DNA of 64,000 nucleotides from positions 6,304,001-6,368,000 of the forward strand of contig OY760175.1 in assembly GCA_963663165.1 (NCBI GenBank). The letters are read 5' to 3'. Shown in pieces: positions 1 to 9,112 of this stretch (the first letter of the stretch is position 1; every line of letters begins with the position of its first letter). A program made the position numbers and the translations under genes. The notes under the pieces are model-generated. The model saw only the letters and a program-made list of their open reading frames with translations, did not search any database and was not told the DNA's origin. The stretch is from an uncultured Desulfospira sp. Its GTDB lineage: Bacteria > Desulfobacterota > Desulfobacteria > Desulfobacterales > Desulfobacteraceae.

Positions 1-271
1 TGCCTCCCGCGTGGCCGAAGGCCTGGCCGATGCCTTTGTCTATGACTTTCCCTTTAATGCGGTCTTCAAAGCCATGAACCCGTCAGCCAACCTGATCTTT
101 CTGGACAAGCCCTTTACCACAGAGCCCCTGGCCTGGGCCATCCGGAAAAATGACCCTCAGTTTCTGGCCTGGTTGAATCATTTTCTCAAGGAGATCAAAC
201 AGGACGGGCGGTTTGATCAACTGGTCCGGAAATGGTTTAACAATACAGACTGGTTTAACCACGCGCGATAA
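1..271 (+). CDS. ABC transporter amino-acid substrate-binding protein, C-terminal part (runs in from window edge)
   Basis: ADAFVYD...PLAWAIRKNDPQFLAWLNHFL...DGRFDQLVRKWF is a typical SBP family 3 C-terminus. Confidence 0.8.
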   Translation, partial: ASRVAEGLADAFVYDFPFNAVFKAMNPSANLIFLDKPFTTEPLAWAIRKNDPQFLAWLNHFLKEIKQDGRFDQLVRKWFNNTDWFNHAR

Positions 272-292
272 TAAAGGCTTGGGCTTTGTTCT

Positions 293-1903
293 TCAGGCTT
301 CATAAACGATTTTCCCGTTCACCAGGGTAAGGATCACCCTGGATTTTGGGATATCATCAGGGTCAACCGTGAAGATGTTCCGGTCCAACACGATCAAATC
401 GGCTAATTTGCCGGGGCTGACAGACCCTAAATCGTGGGCCTGACCCGATACCTCAACCGGGGTCCGGGTATAGCCTCTGACCACCTCCGTCACCCCAAGG
501 CCCTGGTCCGGGTACCACCCCTGTTCCGGAGTCTGGTCCATCCGTTTCCGGGTCACTGCCGTGTAGATGCCCACCAGGGGGTTGGGGTCGGTCACCGGTG
601 CATCGGAACTGAACAGGACGGGCAGCCCCTGTTCGAGAATGCGTTTAAAGGTATAGGCATGTTTTGCTCTTTGTCCCACGCACTGGTCAATCATTTCAAT
701 GTCCAGCCCTAAGTTGGCGGGCTGAAGGGATACCGCCAGGTTTTTCAGCCGGCCAAGCTGTTTTAAGTCTTCAGGCAGAATCATCTGGACATGCTCGATC
801 CTGTGGGGAATCCGGCATTGGCTCTGACCTCTGTTTTCCACCCGGGCAAACATGGCAATCACCTCCCGGCAGGCCCGGTCGCCGATGGCATGGACCATAC
901 AGGACAGCCCGGCCCGGTCGGCGTTGGTCACGGCCGCCTCTATGTCTGCCATGGGGGTTAAGGGCATGCCGCAGCCCCCGTCCAGATACGCCTGGGTCAT
1001 CCAGGCGGTCCTTGCCCCCATGCCGCCGTCGGCAAAAAATTTGAGATGGCCGATCCTGAGCATGTCATCCCCGAATCCGGTCTGCAATCCCAGGGCCACG
1101 GCCTGATCCGTGCGTTCCCCGGCCAGGGCCACATGGGTCCGCAGCTTCAACCGGCCTTTTTGGTGAAAAGCCTGAAAGGTTTTCAGGGCATGGGCGCCTT
1201 CTATGCCCCCCATGAGCCGGATATCATGAATTCCGGTCAGCCCCAGGCTGTGGGCCGCCGCCTGGGCCTTTTCCATCTGCGCCATGAGGCCGGATTCCGA
1301 CAAGGGGGGAATGACCTTTCGGACCAGGTTAAGGGCCAGCTCCTTGAGGATCCCGGTGGGGGTTCCGGCCCCGTCTTTTTCAATCACCCCCTCTTTGGGG
1401 TCAGGGGTGTGCTGATAAATTCCGGCCATCTCCAGGGCCCGGGAATTGGCAACGCCCAGGTGGCAGTCGGTCCTTATGATAAACACCGGGTTGTCCGGTG
1501 CCGCCCGGTCCAGGTCATGCCGGTCCGGGATGCGGTTCTCCGGCCATTGGGTCTCGTTAAAGCCCTGGCCCGTTACCCAGCACCCCGGCCCAAGGGCCAG
1601 GGCGTTCTTCCGGACAGCCCCTTCCATGGCCCCGAAATCGGTCAGGCCCGAAAGATCAATGCCCCCTAAGTTCAGGGCCCATTCGTAAAAATGAAAATGG
1701 GTATCCCAGAATCCCGGCAGCACCAGATGGTTTTCAAGGTCAATCTTCCGGGTGGCAACGCCCCCAAGGTTTAACACCTCTTTGTCACTGCCTACGGCCA
1801 GGATCCGGCTGCCTGCAACGGCTGCTGCCGTGGCCTGGGGAATCCGGTCGTCCAGGGTATAAAACCAACCGTTATAAAAAATTAGATCCGGTGCCTGGGG
1901 CAT
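293..1903 (-). CDS. Amidohydrolase family 3 (YtcJ-like) metal-dependent hydrolase
   Basis: PGFWDTHFH, KFFADG, HAIGD, RIEHVQ, SSDAP and GKLADLIVLD motifs; start placed at MPQAPD. Confidence 0.9.
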   Translation of the reverse strand: MPQAPDLIFYNGWFYTLDDRIPQATAAAVAGSRILAVGSDKEVLNLGGVATRKIDLENHLVLPGFWDTHFHFYEWALNLGGIDLSGLTDFGAMEGAVRKNALALGPGCWVTGQGFNETQWPENRIPDRHDLDRAAPDNPVFIIRTDCHLGVANSRALEMAGIYQHTPDPKEGVIEKDGAGTPTGILKELALNLVRKVIPPLSESGLMAQMEKAQAAAHSLGLTGIHDIRLMGGIEGAHALKTFQAFHQKGRLKLRTHVALAGERTDQAVALGLQTGFGDDMLRIGHLKFFADGGMGARTAWMTQAYLDGGCGMPLTPMADIEAAVTNADRAGLSCMVHAIGDRACREVIAMFARVENRGQSQCRIPHRIEHVQMILPEDLKQLGRLKNLAVSLQPANLGLDIEMIDQCVGQRAKHAYTFKRILEQGLPVLFSSDAPVTDPNPLVGIYTAVTRKRMDQTPEQGWYPDQGLGVTEVVRGYTRTPVEVSGQAHDLGSVSPGKLADLIVLDRNIFTVDPDDIPKSRVILTLVNGKIVYEA

Positions 1904-2084
1904 GATGGCGTTCAATCCTTTTGCTTTGTATTCTGCTTTAACCAAATTGTTAGCACCGAAACGCCTCAGGGATCAATACCGAAGTTTGCGGATACCGGAA
2001 ACAGGAGACCGGGGCTTACGGTTGTCCGTTGACACGTATCGGCTTTGCCTTTACACTGATAGAAAATTAATGGAGACAACAGAC

Positions 2085-2246
2085 ATGAAATTTACATTGG
2101 TGTACGGCAAAGATGACGGCTGGTTTGTCGGGCGGCTGTTGGAAGTCCCTGGTGTCATCAGCCAAGGGGAAACCCTCGAAGAACTCAAAGCTAATATTGC
2201 TGATGCATATAAACTTTTGATGGAAGATTCCCTGGACCTCCCGTAA
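2085..2246 (+). CDS. HicB-family antitoxin-like protein (53 aa), no hicA seen
   Basis: MKFTLVYGKDDGWFVGRLLEVPGVISQGETLEELKANIADAYKL matches the HicB/UPF0150 pattern; GGAG precedes the ATG. Confidence 0.8.
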   Translation: MKFTLVYGKDDGWFVGRLLEVPGVISQGETLEELKANIADAYKLLMEDSLDLP

Positions 2247-2265
2247 TTAAAAAGGAAACGCCTTT

Positions 2266-2472
2266 ATGTGCATTCCCATAGCCGTAGCAACCGGTGGCCT
2301 GGTATCGGGTTGCTTTATGGGCGATGAAATCTCAAGCCATGCCCGCTGGTCTCTGCTGGCATCCATGCTGCCCATGTACGCGCTGGTGATCTGGAACTTT
2401 AGGCGCAGTATCCCCCACCGGTTTCAGCAACTGCGAGGCTGGCTTGCCCGTAAACGGTCTGTTTCATCATAA
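2266..2472 (+). CDS. Small hydrophobic hypothetical protein or gene fragment
   Basis: 68-aa ORF with two hydrophobic stretches, co-oriented with the downstream radical SAM gene. Confidence 0.35.
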   Translation: MCIPIAVATGGLVSGCFMGDEISSHARWSLLASMLPMYALVIWNFRRSIPHRFQQLRGWLARKRSVSS

Positions 2473-2523
2473 ATTTTACCGAATTATGGCTTTGATTACA
2501 TTTGCCTGGTTGAGGCGGGATAA

Positions 2524-3363
2524 ATGACCCGGATTTCTGGATTTACGGCCCTGCAGGTTGAAGTGGTCTGCGCCTGTAACCTTTCGTGCCCCATTTGCCT
2601 GAGGTCCCATGTCGGTTTTGAGGAAGGATTCATGTCTCTTGAGGATTTCAAACGGATTCTCGTCTCGGGCCGTTTTGATTTTGTAAGCCTTCACGGCTGG
2701 GGGGAACCCCTTTTGCACCCCCAAATCAAAGAGATGATCGGCCTGGCCCATGACCAAAAGTTGATCACCCAGCTGACCACCAATGCCACCTTGCTTAAGG
2801 CAAAACAAGAAGAACTTCTGGCAAGTCCCCTCAATGAAATTGCCTTTGGCGTATACGAGCTGGACCGGCTCAAAAGCCTGTCCTCTTCCATTAATGATTT
2901 CCTGTCGGCACGGGGCCGCGCTAAAAGACCCAAGGCGTATCTGGACGTAACCCTCACCAGCCAAAACCAGGACCAGATGGATGCCCTGCTGGACCTTGCC
3001 GCAAGCCTTGGGATAGAGGCGGTGATCCTGCACCGCCTTTTTGACCGGCATTTAACCCACAGCCCTTATAAACGGCTTCCGGATAAGGCAGAAGCGGCCG
3101 TTCTTTCCCGGGCCAAAGACCGGGCCGCCCGGCTGGGCCTGGCATTTTATCCGCCCTTAGCCCGGCAGCGGCCCTGCCTGGTCAGCCGGCACAGCCGGTT
3201 TGTCAACGTGAAAGGAGACGTCTGCCCCTGCTGTTTCCAGCCCCGGGTCCCCCTGGGCAGCGCTCTTTCATCCGGCGTTCCGGCGGCAATGAAATCCCCC
3301 ATGGCCAAACAGTTTATGACCGGCGTGGCGCAACATCCGGTCTGCAGGGCGTGTCCTTTTTAA
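2524..3363 (+). CDS. Radical SAM protein with SPASM/twitch domain
   Basis: CNLSCPIC (CxxxCxxC), GWGEPLLHP, TTNATLL; C-terminal C...GDVCPCC...CRAC. Confidence 0.9.
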   Translation: MTRISGFTALQVEVVCACNLSCPICLRSHVGFEEGFMSLEDFKRILVSGRFDFVSLHGWGEPLLHPQIKEMIGLAHDQKLITQLTTNATLLKAKQEELLASPLNEIAFGVYELDRLKSLSSSINDFLSARGRAKRPKAYLDVTLTSQNQDQMDALLDLAASLGIEAVILHRLFDRHLTHSPYKRLPDKAEAAVLSRAKDRAARLGLAFYPPLARQRPCLVSRHSRFVNVKGDVCPCCFQPRVPLGSALSSGVPAAMKSPMAKQFMTGVAQHPVCRACPF

Positions 3364-3364
3364 C

Positions 3365-3970
3365 ATGGCACCCCCATCTTATTTTTCCTGGCAGCAGATG
3401 CTTTTAATGATGGCCATGGGTGTGGCCGGCGCTTGCCTCAGGGCTTATACGCCTTTTGAGGATATCCTGGTTAACCAGGCCCATCTGCCGGCCAGCGCCT
3501 TTGCTTTTAAGGGCTGGCTGGTGATTATTCTCTGGCTGCGGCTGGCCCGGGTTTTTGTAACGCTGCCTTACAGTGAACTGGCCCAGGGCATATTCCTGGC
3601 CTCTATGGGCTGGATTCTGGCCCCTGGCTACGGGGTGATGATCTACGGCATTGTTTCGCCCATCGGGTTCAACCTGTGGCTCTACCTTTCCATCATGACG
3701 GCGGCATTTTTAATGGGCCGGGGCGGCCAGGAAAGCGGGTGGCGGCCGGTTCTCTGGGGGGCTGGGGCCAACATGGCTTTGGTGGTCATGATCTGGGCTG
3801 CCCCGGGCTGTTATCTGTACCGGTGGGTGATGTATTTTCCGGCGGCGTCTTCGGGCTGCCTGGTGGCGGCCGGCGTGCTGGGCGGCTTTGGCGTCCTTCT
3901 GGCTGAGATGCTGGCCGCCTGGACAGGTACGGTACTGGCGTGGATTAAGCAGGGGTTAAAGTCCAGGTAG
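3365..3970 (+). CDS. Multi-pass membrane protein of unknown function
   Basis: About 6 hydrophobic segments; starts 1 nt after the radical SAM stop. Confidence 0.7.
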   Translation: MAPPSYFSWQQMLLMMAMGVAGACLRAYTPFEDILVNQAHLPASAFAFKGWLVIILWLRLARVFVTLPYSELAQGIFLASMGWILAPGYGVMIYGIVSPIGFNLWLYLSIMTAAFLMGRGGQESGWRPVLWGAGANMALVVMIWAAPGCYLYRWVMYFPAASSGCLVAAGVLGGFGVLLAEMLAAWTGTVLAWIKQGLKSR

Positions 3971-4033
3971 GCTGAAAAAACGTTTATAGCCCGGCATTGA
4001 AATGACACATAACCAATTAAATACGGCCAACCC

Positions 4034-4894
4034 ATGATGAACCGGCGCAGATTTTTAAAATACATCTTATTGGGGGGCAGCCTTGGGATGCTGCATTTGG
4101 GTGCTGCGGCGTCAGACCGGCCGCTTCTTCGCATCGCCTTGCTGCACATGGCCCCGGTTCCCGGGGACCTTGCCGGTAACCGGTTGATGATCGAAAATGC
4201 CATTGACGCCGCATGGGTTCATAAGGCCCGGTGGATCGTTACCCCGGAATTGTGTGTCAGCGGATATGATTTTACCGGCCGCATCGGGACAGACTGGATT
4301 GAACCCTTGCCGGACCAGTGGGTTCAACGGCTCTCAAAACAAATAGCAGATTTGGGGGTCACGCTGTTTTTAGGGACACCGGAAAAAGATCCCGTGACCG
4401 GCAGATTGCACAATACGGTTCTGGTCATCGGGCCCGATGGCCGTATACAGGGAAAACACCGTAAGATCAGGACCATTAAAAAAGGGGCAGAGTCCTGGTC
4501 CAGCCCAGGGGTAGTACCGGCTTCTTTCCCGGTTGCCCCGGTGGGCAATGTCGGGCTTTTGATCTGTGCTGATGCGTATCCGGCCTGGATTGCTCAACAG
4601 CTAAAAAAGGATGGGGCCGATATTCTGATTTCATCGGCTTCATGGTGCAAGGCCCCCTTTGGCCCTGCCGGCGAATGGGAGCGGTGCAGCAAAGATACGG
4701 GCTTGACAATGATTGTCTGCAATCGTACCGGCATGGATAAAACCCTTGATTTTAAAGACGCAGAAAGCGTTGTTATCTGCCATGGAAAAAGAATCCATAC
4801 CATGACATCCCATGCGCCGGCAATTTTTATGATTGAGGTGGATCCCGTTACCAAACGCCCGGTTTCCACCCCGCCGGTTAAAATAGGCTTGTGA
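4034..4894 (+). CDS. Carbon-nitrogen hydrolase (nitrilase superfamily) with Tat signal peptide
   Basis: Triad motifs TPELC, HRK and LICAD; N-terminal NRRRFLK followed by a hydrophobic stretch. Confidence 0.88.
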   Translation: MMNRRRFLKYILLGGSLGMLHLGAAASDRPLLRIALLHMAPVPGDLAGNRLMIENAIDAAWVHKARWIVTPELCVSGYDFTGRIGTDWIEPLPDQWVQRLSKQIADLGVTLFLGTPEKDPVTGRLHNTVLVIGPDGRIQGKHRKIRTIKKGAESWSSPGVVPASFPVAPVGNVGLLICADAYPAWIAQQLKKDGADILISSASWCKAPFGPAGEWERCSKDTGLTMIVCNRTGMDKTLDFKDAESVVICHGKRIHTMTSHAPAIFMIEVDPVTKRPVSTPPVKIGL

Positions 4895-4966
4895 CTTAAT
4901 TTTTTTACCCTGTAAAATAACCTGACACTTTTTTAAGACGGCCAGGGGCATTGACCTTATCCATCC

Positions 4967-5584
4967 TCAGGATAATTTTTTTAATGTGGCGGCCAGGGCC
5001 GCACCGGTCATGGCCAGGGATTCCGGGTCCAGGTAGAATTCCGAATGCCGGTGAAAAAGGACCTTGCACTGGGCATCAAACTCTTCATCCTTGTCATTGA
5101 ACAGCAGGCGCAGGCCGATCCGGGGCAGGGCTTGAAAAGAAACGGCCAGGTCATAGGAAACTTCAGTGGTATCCGGGTGGCCGTAGGCTTTTTCACAGGC
5201 CTGGGAAAGTAGCGGCAAATTTTCGGAAAAATGCTTTACAATGGCCTGTTCCGTGTCACTGGCAAAATAATTGACATTGGTAAAGTGGGAGGTCTGCTTG
5301 AAATCCCGGAATGCCGTCCACTGGGGATCGGTGTAAACCTTTGGGGGACAGTTCAGGACATACCGGGCCAGGATCACGCAAAGACCATAGCTTGGCCGTT
5401 GCCCTTCAGGGTCAGTGATTCCCTTTTGCGATACGCGGTAGACCGTGTCCAGGAACGGGACCAGATACCGGTCCTGTTCAACTTGTATCCCTAAAATATC
5501 CGTGACGGCAGCCGGGGTTACCCTGCCGATTTGATTCAGGTAATCCTGATAATGCTGTTTGAAAATTTCAGATGGTTGAGACAA
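4967..5584 (-). CDS. DUF3786 domain protein
   Basis: W.AFRDF and ALPRIGLRLLFNDKDEEFDAQCKVLF...YLDPESLA pattern. Confidence 0.8.
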   Translation of the reverse strand: MSQPSEIFKQHYQDYLNQIGRVTPAAVTDILGIQVEQDRYLVPFLDTVYRVSQKGITDPEGQRPSYGLCVILARYVLNCPPKVYTDPQWTAFRDFKQTSHFTNVNYFASDTEQAIVKHFSENLPLLSQACEKAYGHPDTTEVSYDLAVSFQALPRIGLRLLFNDKDEEFDAQCKVLFHRHSEFYLDPESLAMTGAALAATLKKLS

Positions 5585-5845
5585 TTGTTAACTCCTTATT
5601 CAAAGCGGAAAAATACGATGTGCCACTGCACCATATGATGCCGATTAAACAAAAACATCCCCCAAACGGGGGAGGTTTTGAATTTTTTAGGACATTTTTT
5701 GTTACACCCTGCAAAATAACCGGACACTTTTTTGATAACTACCAGGGCTTCATTGCGGTTTCAATCCCGTTCAAATTAACGTCAGGCACCGCCAGATCAG
5801 GGCTGACGGGCCCTGACGGAATTTGTTTTGTCTTACAAGAACGGT

Positions 5846-5861
5846 TGGTATATTTCTTGCT
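5846..5861 (+). promoter_or_regulatory. Putative sigma-54 (-24/-12) promoter for the CBM48 gene
   Basis: TGGTATATTTCTTGCT has GG-N10-GC spacing, ~120 bp upstream of ATG 5984; CGTCAGG...CCTGACG dyad further upstream (~5780-5819). Confidence 0.55.
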
Positions 5862-5983
5862 ATTTCATATGGTTAACTTAGGCCGGGTTGTCAACTGGCC
5901 GGTTTCCCATGAAGGGAACGGTTTTTTTCCAATGCACAAGGTCGTCTTTTTTAAAACTGTATTTTTGAAAGGAGGTCTGCGTC

Positions 5984-6274
5984 ATGAGCAAAAAAAATAC
6001 CACCGCCAAAGAAACCAAACAAAAAATTGAACTTTCCATTCTCGCCCCTGATGCTGAGAGTGTCCAGGTATCAGGCGATTTTAACAACTGGGATCCCCAT
6101 AAAGACAAAATGAAGAAAACCCAAATGGGGGTCTGGCAAAAGGATCTCATGCTGTCCCCCGGGACCTATGAGTATAAATTCATTGTTGACGGCCAATGGA
6201 TTGAACAACCCAAAGACAAGTCCTGCCTGAATGTATTTGGCACCTACAACAACCTGCTACAGGTGTCCGAGTAA
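5984..6274 (+). CDS. Glycogen-binding domain protein (CBM48/AMPK1_CBM)
   Basis: APDAESVQVSGDFNNW...GVW...LSPGTYEYKFIVDGQW; GGAGG RBS. Confidence 0.9.
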   Translation: MSKKNTTAKETKQKIELSILAPDAESVQVSGDFNNWDPHKDKMKKTQMGVWQKDLMLSPGTYEYKFIVDGQWIEQPKDKSCLNVFGTYNNLLQVSE

Positions 6275-6313
6275 TCTTAAATCAAATATCCGGCCGGCCC
6301 TCAGGGCAGGTAA

Positions 6314-8713
6314 TCATCCGCCGGGGATTTCCCCGGCCGTCTGGGCCAGCCGGATCCGGTAGGCCGTATACCGGGCCACCAGGGCCATGGCCTGGTTGCA
6401 TGACCGGAATACCGGAATCCCCTGATCCCGGAGCCGGTTGTTGATGGCCTCGTGGGCCCGGCCCGCATCATTGAACACGATGACAGGCTTTGGGGCCGCC
6501 GATACAAGGTCCGGCAGCTGCGATACCAGACTCTCCTCATGGGTGGTATACCCGTTGGGATCATCAGGGCAGGGGCTGTCCAATCTGGCCGGGGCAAGGG
6601 TTCCCAAAGAAGTCACCACGGCATCAATATTTTCGTCGGCCAGCATGGCCCGGATGCTGCCAAGGTAGACCTGGTCCGGGGCCGCCGGGGTCAGGTCCAG
6701 GGGGTTTTTAACATCCATGATCTGGGACAACCCGGCCTGTTCAAACAACAGGGCAATGGCTTGCCGGGTTGGTTTAGAGAATCCGGGAAGGGTTAACAGA
6801 CTGTCCCTGGACTCCAGGGAGTCGGCAATGCCCACGGTTTCAAAACCGGCCGGACTTAAGGCACCGATCCGGTATCCGGAAACGGATTTGCCGTGAAGAT
6901 AAGCGGCCAGGGTCATCAGCCCTTCAAATTCATCCAGGGTATCGGCCACCAGTGCCCCGGCCTGATCCAGGCATGAGGTGCAGACCATATAGTCTCCGGC
7001 CACCGATGCCGTGTGCCCGGAGCTGGCCTTTTTGCCCTCCGGGGTGCGGCCGGCCTTGTAGACAATGACCTGTTTGCCGTTTTTCACGGCTTTTCTGATC
7101 CCGGCACAGGCGTTCAGCCCGTCCAGGTCCTTGAACCCTTCGGCATAAACACAGATAATCCCAATTTTGCCATCATCGGCCAGATAGGTGATAAAGTCCC
7201 CGATGGTCAGGTCCACCTGGTTGCCCACGGTGATGTTATAGGTGGGATCACCGGAAACGATCCCTTCCATGCGGACCAGGGCAAAGCCGCCGCTCTGGCT
7301 GACCAGGGCCAGGGGAGAGGGGGGAAGGTCCCGGCGTTTGGGAGAGGCGGTGCCGGAATCAAAAAAGGTGTCCAGGCGTCCGGGCCGGCTGATCATGCCC
7401 ATGCAGTTCCCGCCTAAAAATACCGGGCCGCCCTCAGGCCTTTCATGGGCGGCCTTGATTTTGTCCGTCACTTTTCGGGCCCGTTCCCGGGAGCTTTGGG
7501 TTTCTCCCATGGCCCCGGGGATGAGAATTACCGCTTTGGCAAGGCCGCGGTCAATGACCTGATCCACAATGGCCGGCACTGCGGCCGCCCCCACGGCCAC
7601 GATGAGCAGATCTACGCAGCCGATATCAAGGATGTCGGGCACACAGGCCACCCCGTCTATTTCCATGGCGCTGGGCGATACCAGGCAGATATCTGTTTTG
7701 GGAAAGCCCGCGGTGATGACGTTTTGCAGAATATTTCGGCCAAAATTGATCTTGGTGGCGCTGACCCCGAGAATGGCAATGCTTTGGGGGAGAAGCAGGC
7801 TGGTGATGGGGGCAATCTGCCGGGCAACCGGCGGACCAAAGGGTTTTGAAAAGCGGCAGAGCCCGTCTAAGGGGACCATTTCATAATCCACCAGGGCAAA
7901 GGGGTTGACCTCGAATTCCTCAATTACATAAGGGGCTTTGGGATTTAAAGGGGAGAAGTAGTTGCCCACGGCAATGAAAGAGCCAAAGCACTCCATGAGC
8001 TGCTCGTCAGAGACCAGCCGTTCCTGGCCCCGGGTCTGGCCGGAAAGTTTTTGATAGGCAATGGTCTGCCGGAACAGGTCAAAAAAGGCCTCTCCCGACA
8101 CATGGGCCGTGGAGGCTGACACTACGGCCTGGCCTAAGTGGAAGCGTTCGGCATACAGCTCGGTGTCAATGCCGCCAAGCCCTGCTGTAATCACCATGCC
8201 AAACTCCCTTGTCCACCGGAGGCTGACCAGAAGCTCGTTGCCCAAAGCGTCTGAATCCGGGGGCAGGTACTGGGTGACCAGCACCCCCTGGATGCGCCGG
8301 TTCACGGCCTCCTGAAGCGCCTGACCCGACAGGCCCTGGTAAGGGGGAAGGCAAAGGTCCGGGGTCTGTTCAACCATGAGGGCAAACCGTCTGGATACCG
8401 TGTCCACCATGCGGCGGCTTTCGCTTCTGACTTTGCCGGCCATTCTTGGCACCACTTTGACCCCGCCCACATCGGATTTATGGACCACATCCGGGCTGAC
8501 CACCTTGATGACCACCTTTTCCCCGAGAAAGTTGACCAGCATATCCGAGGTCAGGCGGGTCCCCCGTGAAAACAGCAGGTATTCAGGAACGGACTCGCTG
8601 CCGATGGCCGACAGCAGTTCATAGGTCTCATGTTCAAAAAGCTGGGTCCGGTTTTCTTCATTAGCCCGGGCAAATACCCGGGTCATCTTTTCAAAATCGG
8701 TAAATAGCTGCAT
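6314..8713 (-). CDS. ADP-forming acyl-CoA synthetase (acetate--CoA ligase family), fused beta(ATP-grasp)-alpha
   Basis: KVVSPDVVHKSDVGGV, EVNP, GGNCMG, SQSGG, phospho-His motif SGHTASVAG, NPLDLT. Confidence 0.88.
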   Translation of the reverse strand: MQLFTDFEKMTRVFARANEENRTQLFEHETYELLSAIGSESVPEYLLFSRGTRLTSDMLVNFLGEKVVIKVVSPDVVHKSDVGGVKVVPRMAGKVRSESRRMVDTVSRRFALMVEQTPDLCLPPYQGLSGQALQEAVNRRIQGVLVTQYLPPDSDALGNELLVSLRWTREFGMVITAGLGGIDTELYAERFHLGQAVVSASTAHVSGEAFFDLFRQTIAYQKLSGQTRGQERLVSDEQLMECFGSFIAVGNYFSPLNPKAPYVIEEFEVNPFALVDYEMVPLDGLCRFSKPFGPPVARQIAPITSLLLPQSIAILGVSATKINFGRNILQNVITAGFPKTDICLVSPSAMEIDGVACVPDILDIGCVDLLIVAVGAAAVPAIVDQVIDRGLAKAVILIPGAMGETQSSRERARKVTDKIKAAHERPEGGPVFLGGNCMGMISRPGRLDTFFDSGTASPKRRDLPPSPLALVSQSGGFALVRMEGIVSGDPTYNITVGNQVDLTIGDFITYLADDGKIGIICVYAEGFKDLDGLNACAGIRKAVKNGKQVIVYKAGRTPEGKKASSGHTASVAGDYMVCTSCLDQAGALVADTLDEFEGLMTLAAYLHGKSVSGYRIGALSPAGFETVGIADSLESRDSLLTLPGFSKPTRQAIALLFEQAGLSQIMDVKNPLDLTPAAPDQVYLGSIRAMLADENIDAVVTSLGTLAPARLDSPCPDDPNGYTTHEESLVSQLPDLVSAAPKPVIVFNDAGRAHEAINNRLRDQGIPVFRSCNQAMALVARYTAYRIRLAQTAGEIPGG

Positions 8714-8848
8714 TTTTTTGGTTCCCGGCAAAGGGTTATTAAGATGTGTTACCATATCAATTTGGGGGAAAACTTACAATAAAACAGGAGACCGGAGGAA
8801 GGGAGACGGGAGACCGAAACCGTCAAGTTCCCTGGTTTGAGCGGTAGG

Positions 8849-8899
8849 GTAGGAACGGGCCATGCCCGCGATTCGATCGCGGGCATGGCCCGCTTCTAC
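8849..8899. repeat. REP-like palindrome; related copy at 55554-55600
   Basis: GTAGGAACGGGCCATGCCCGCGAT-TCG-ATCGCGGGCATGGCCCGCTTCTAC. Confidence 0.75.
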
Positions 8900-9112
8900 C
8901 TTGCATTGACCCCAAATGGAGCGATAGATGCCGGATGCCGGGTTTTCTTGGAGGGCGCATCCGGTCTCCTTTCTTTCGGTCTCCCTTCCTTTGGCCCCTA
9001 TTTTTTCTGAAGCGCCATTCACAAATGCATTGATTTTTGTTCGATTTTTTGGCATGTTACTGTGCGCAGAAACAAAAGATGACCCTAAATTGTAAGGTTG
9101 CAGATAAATAAA

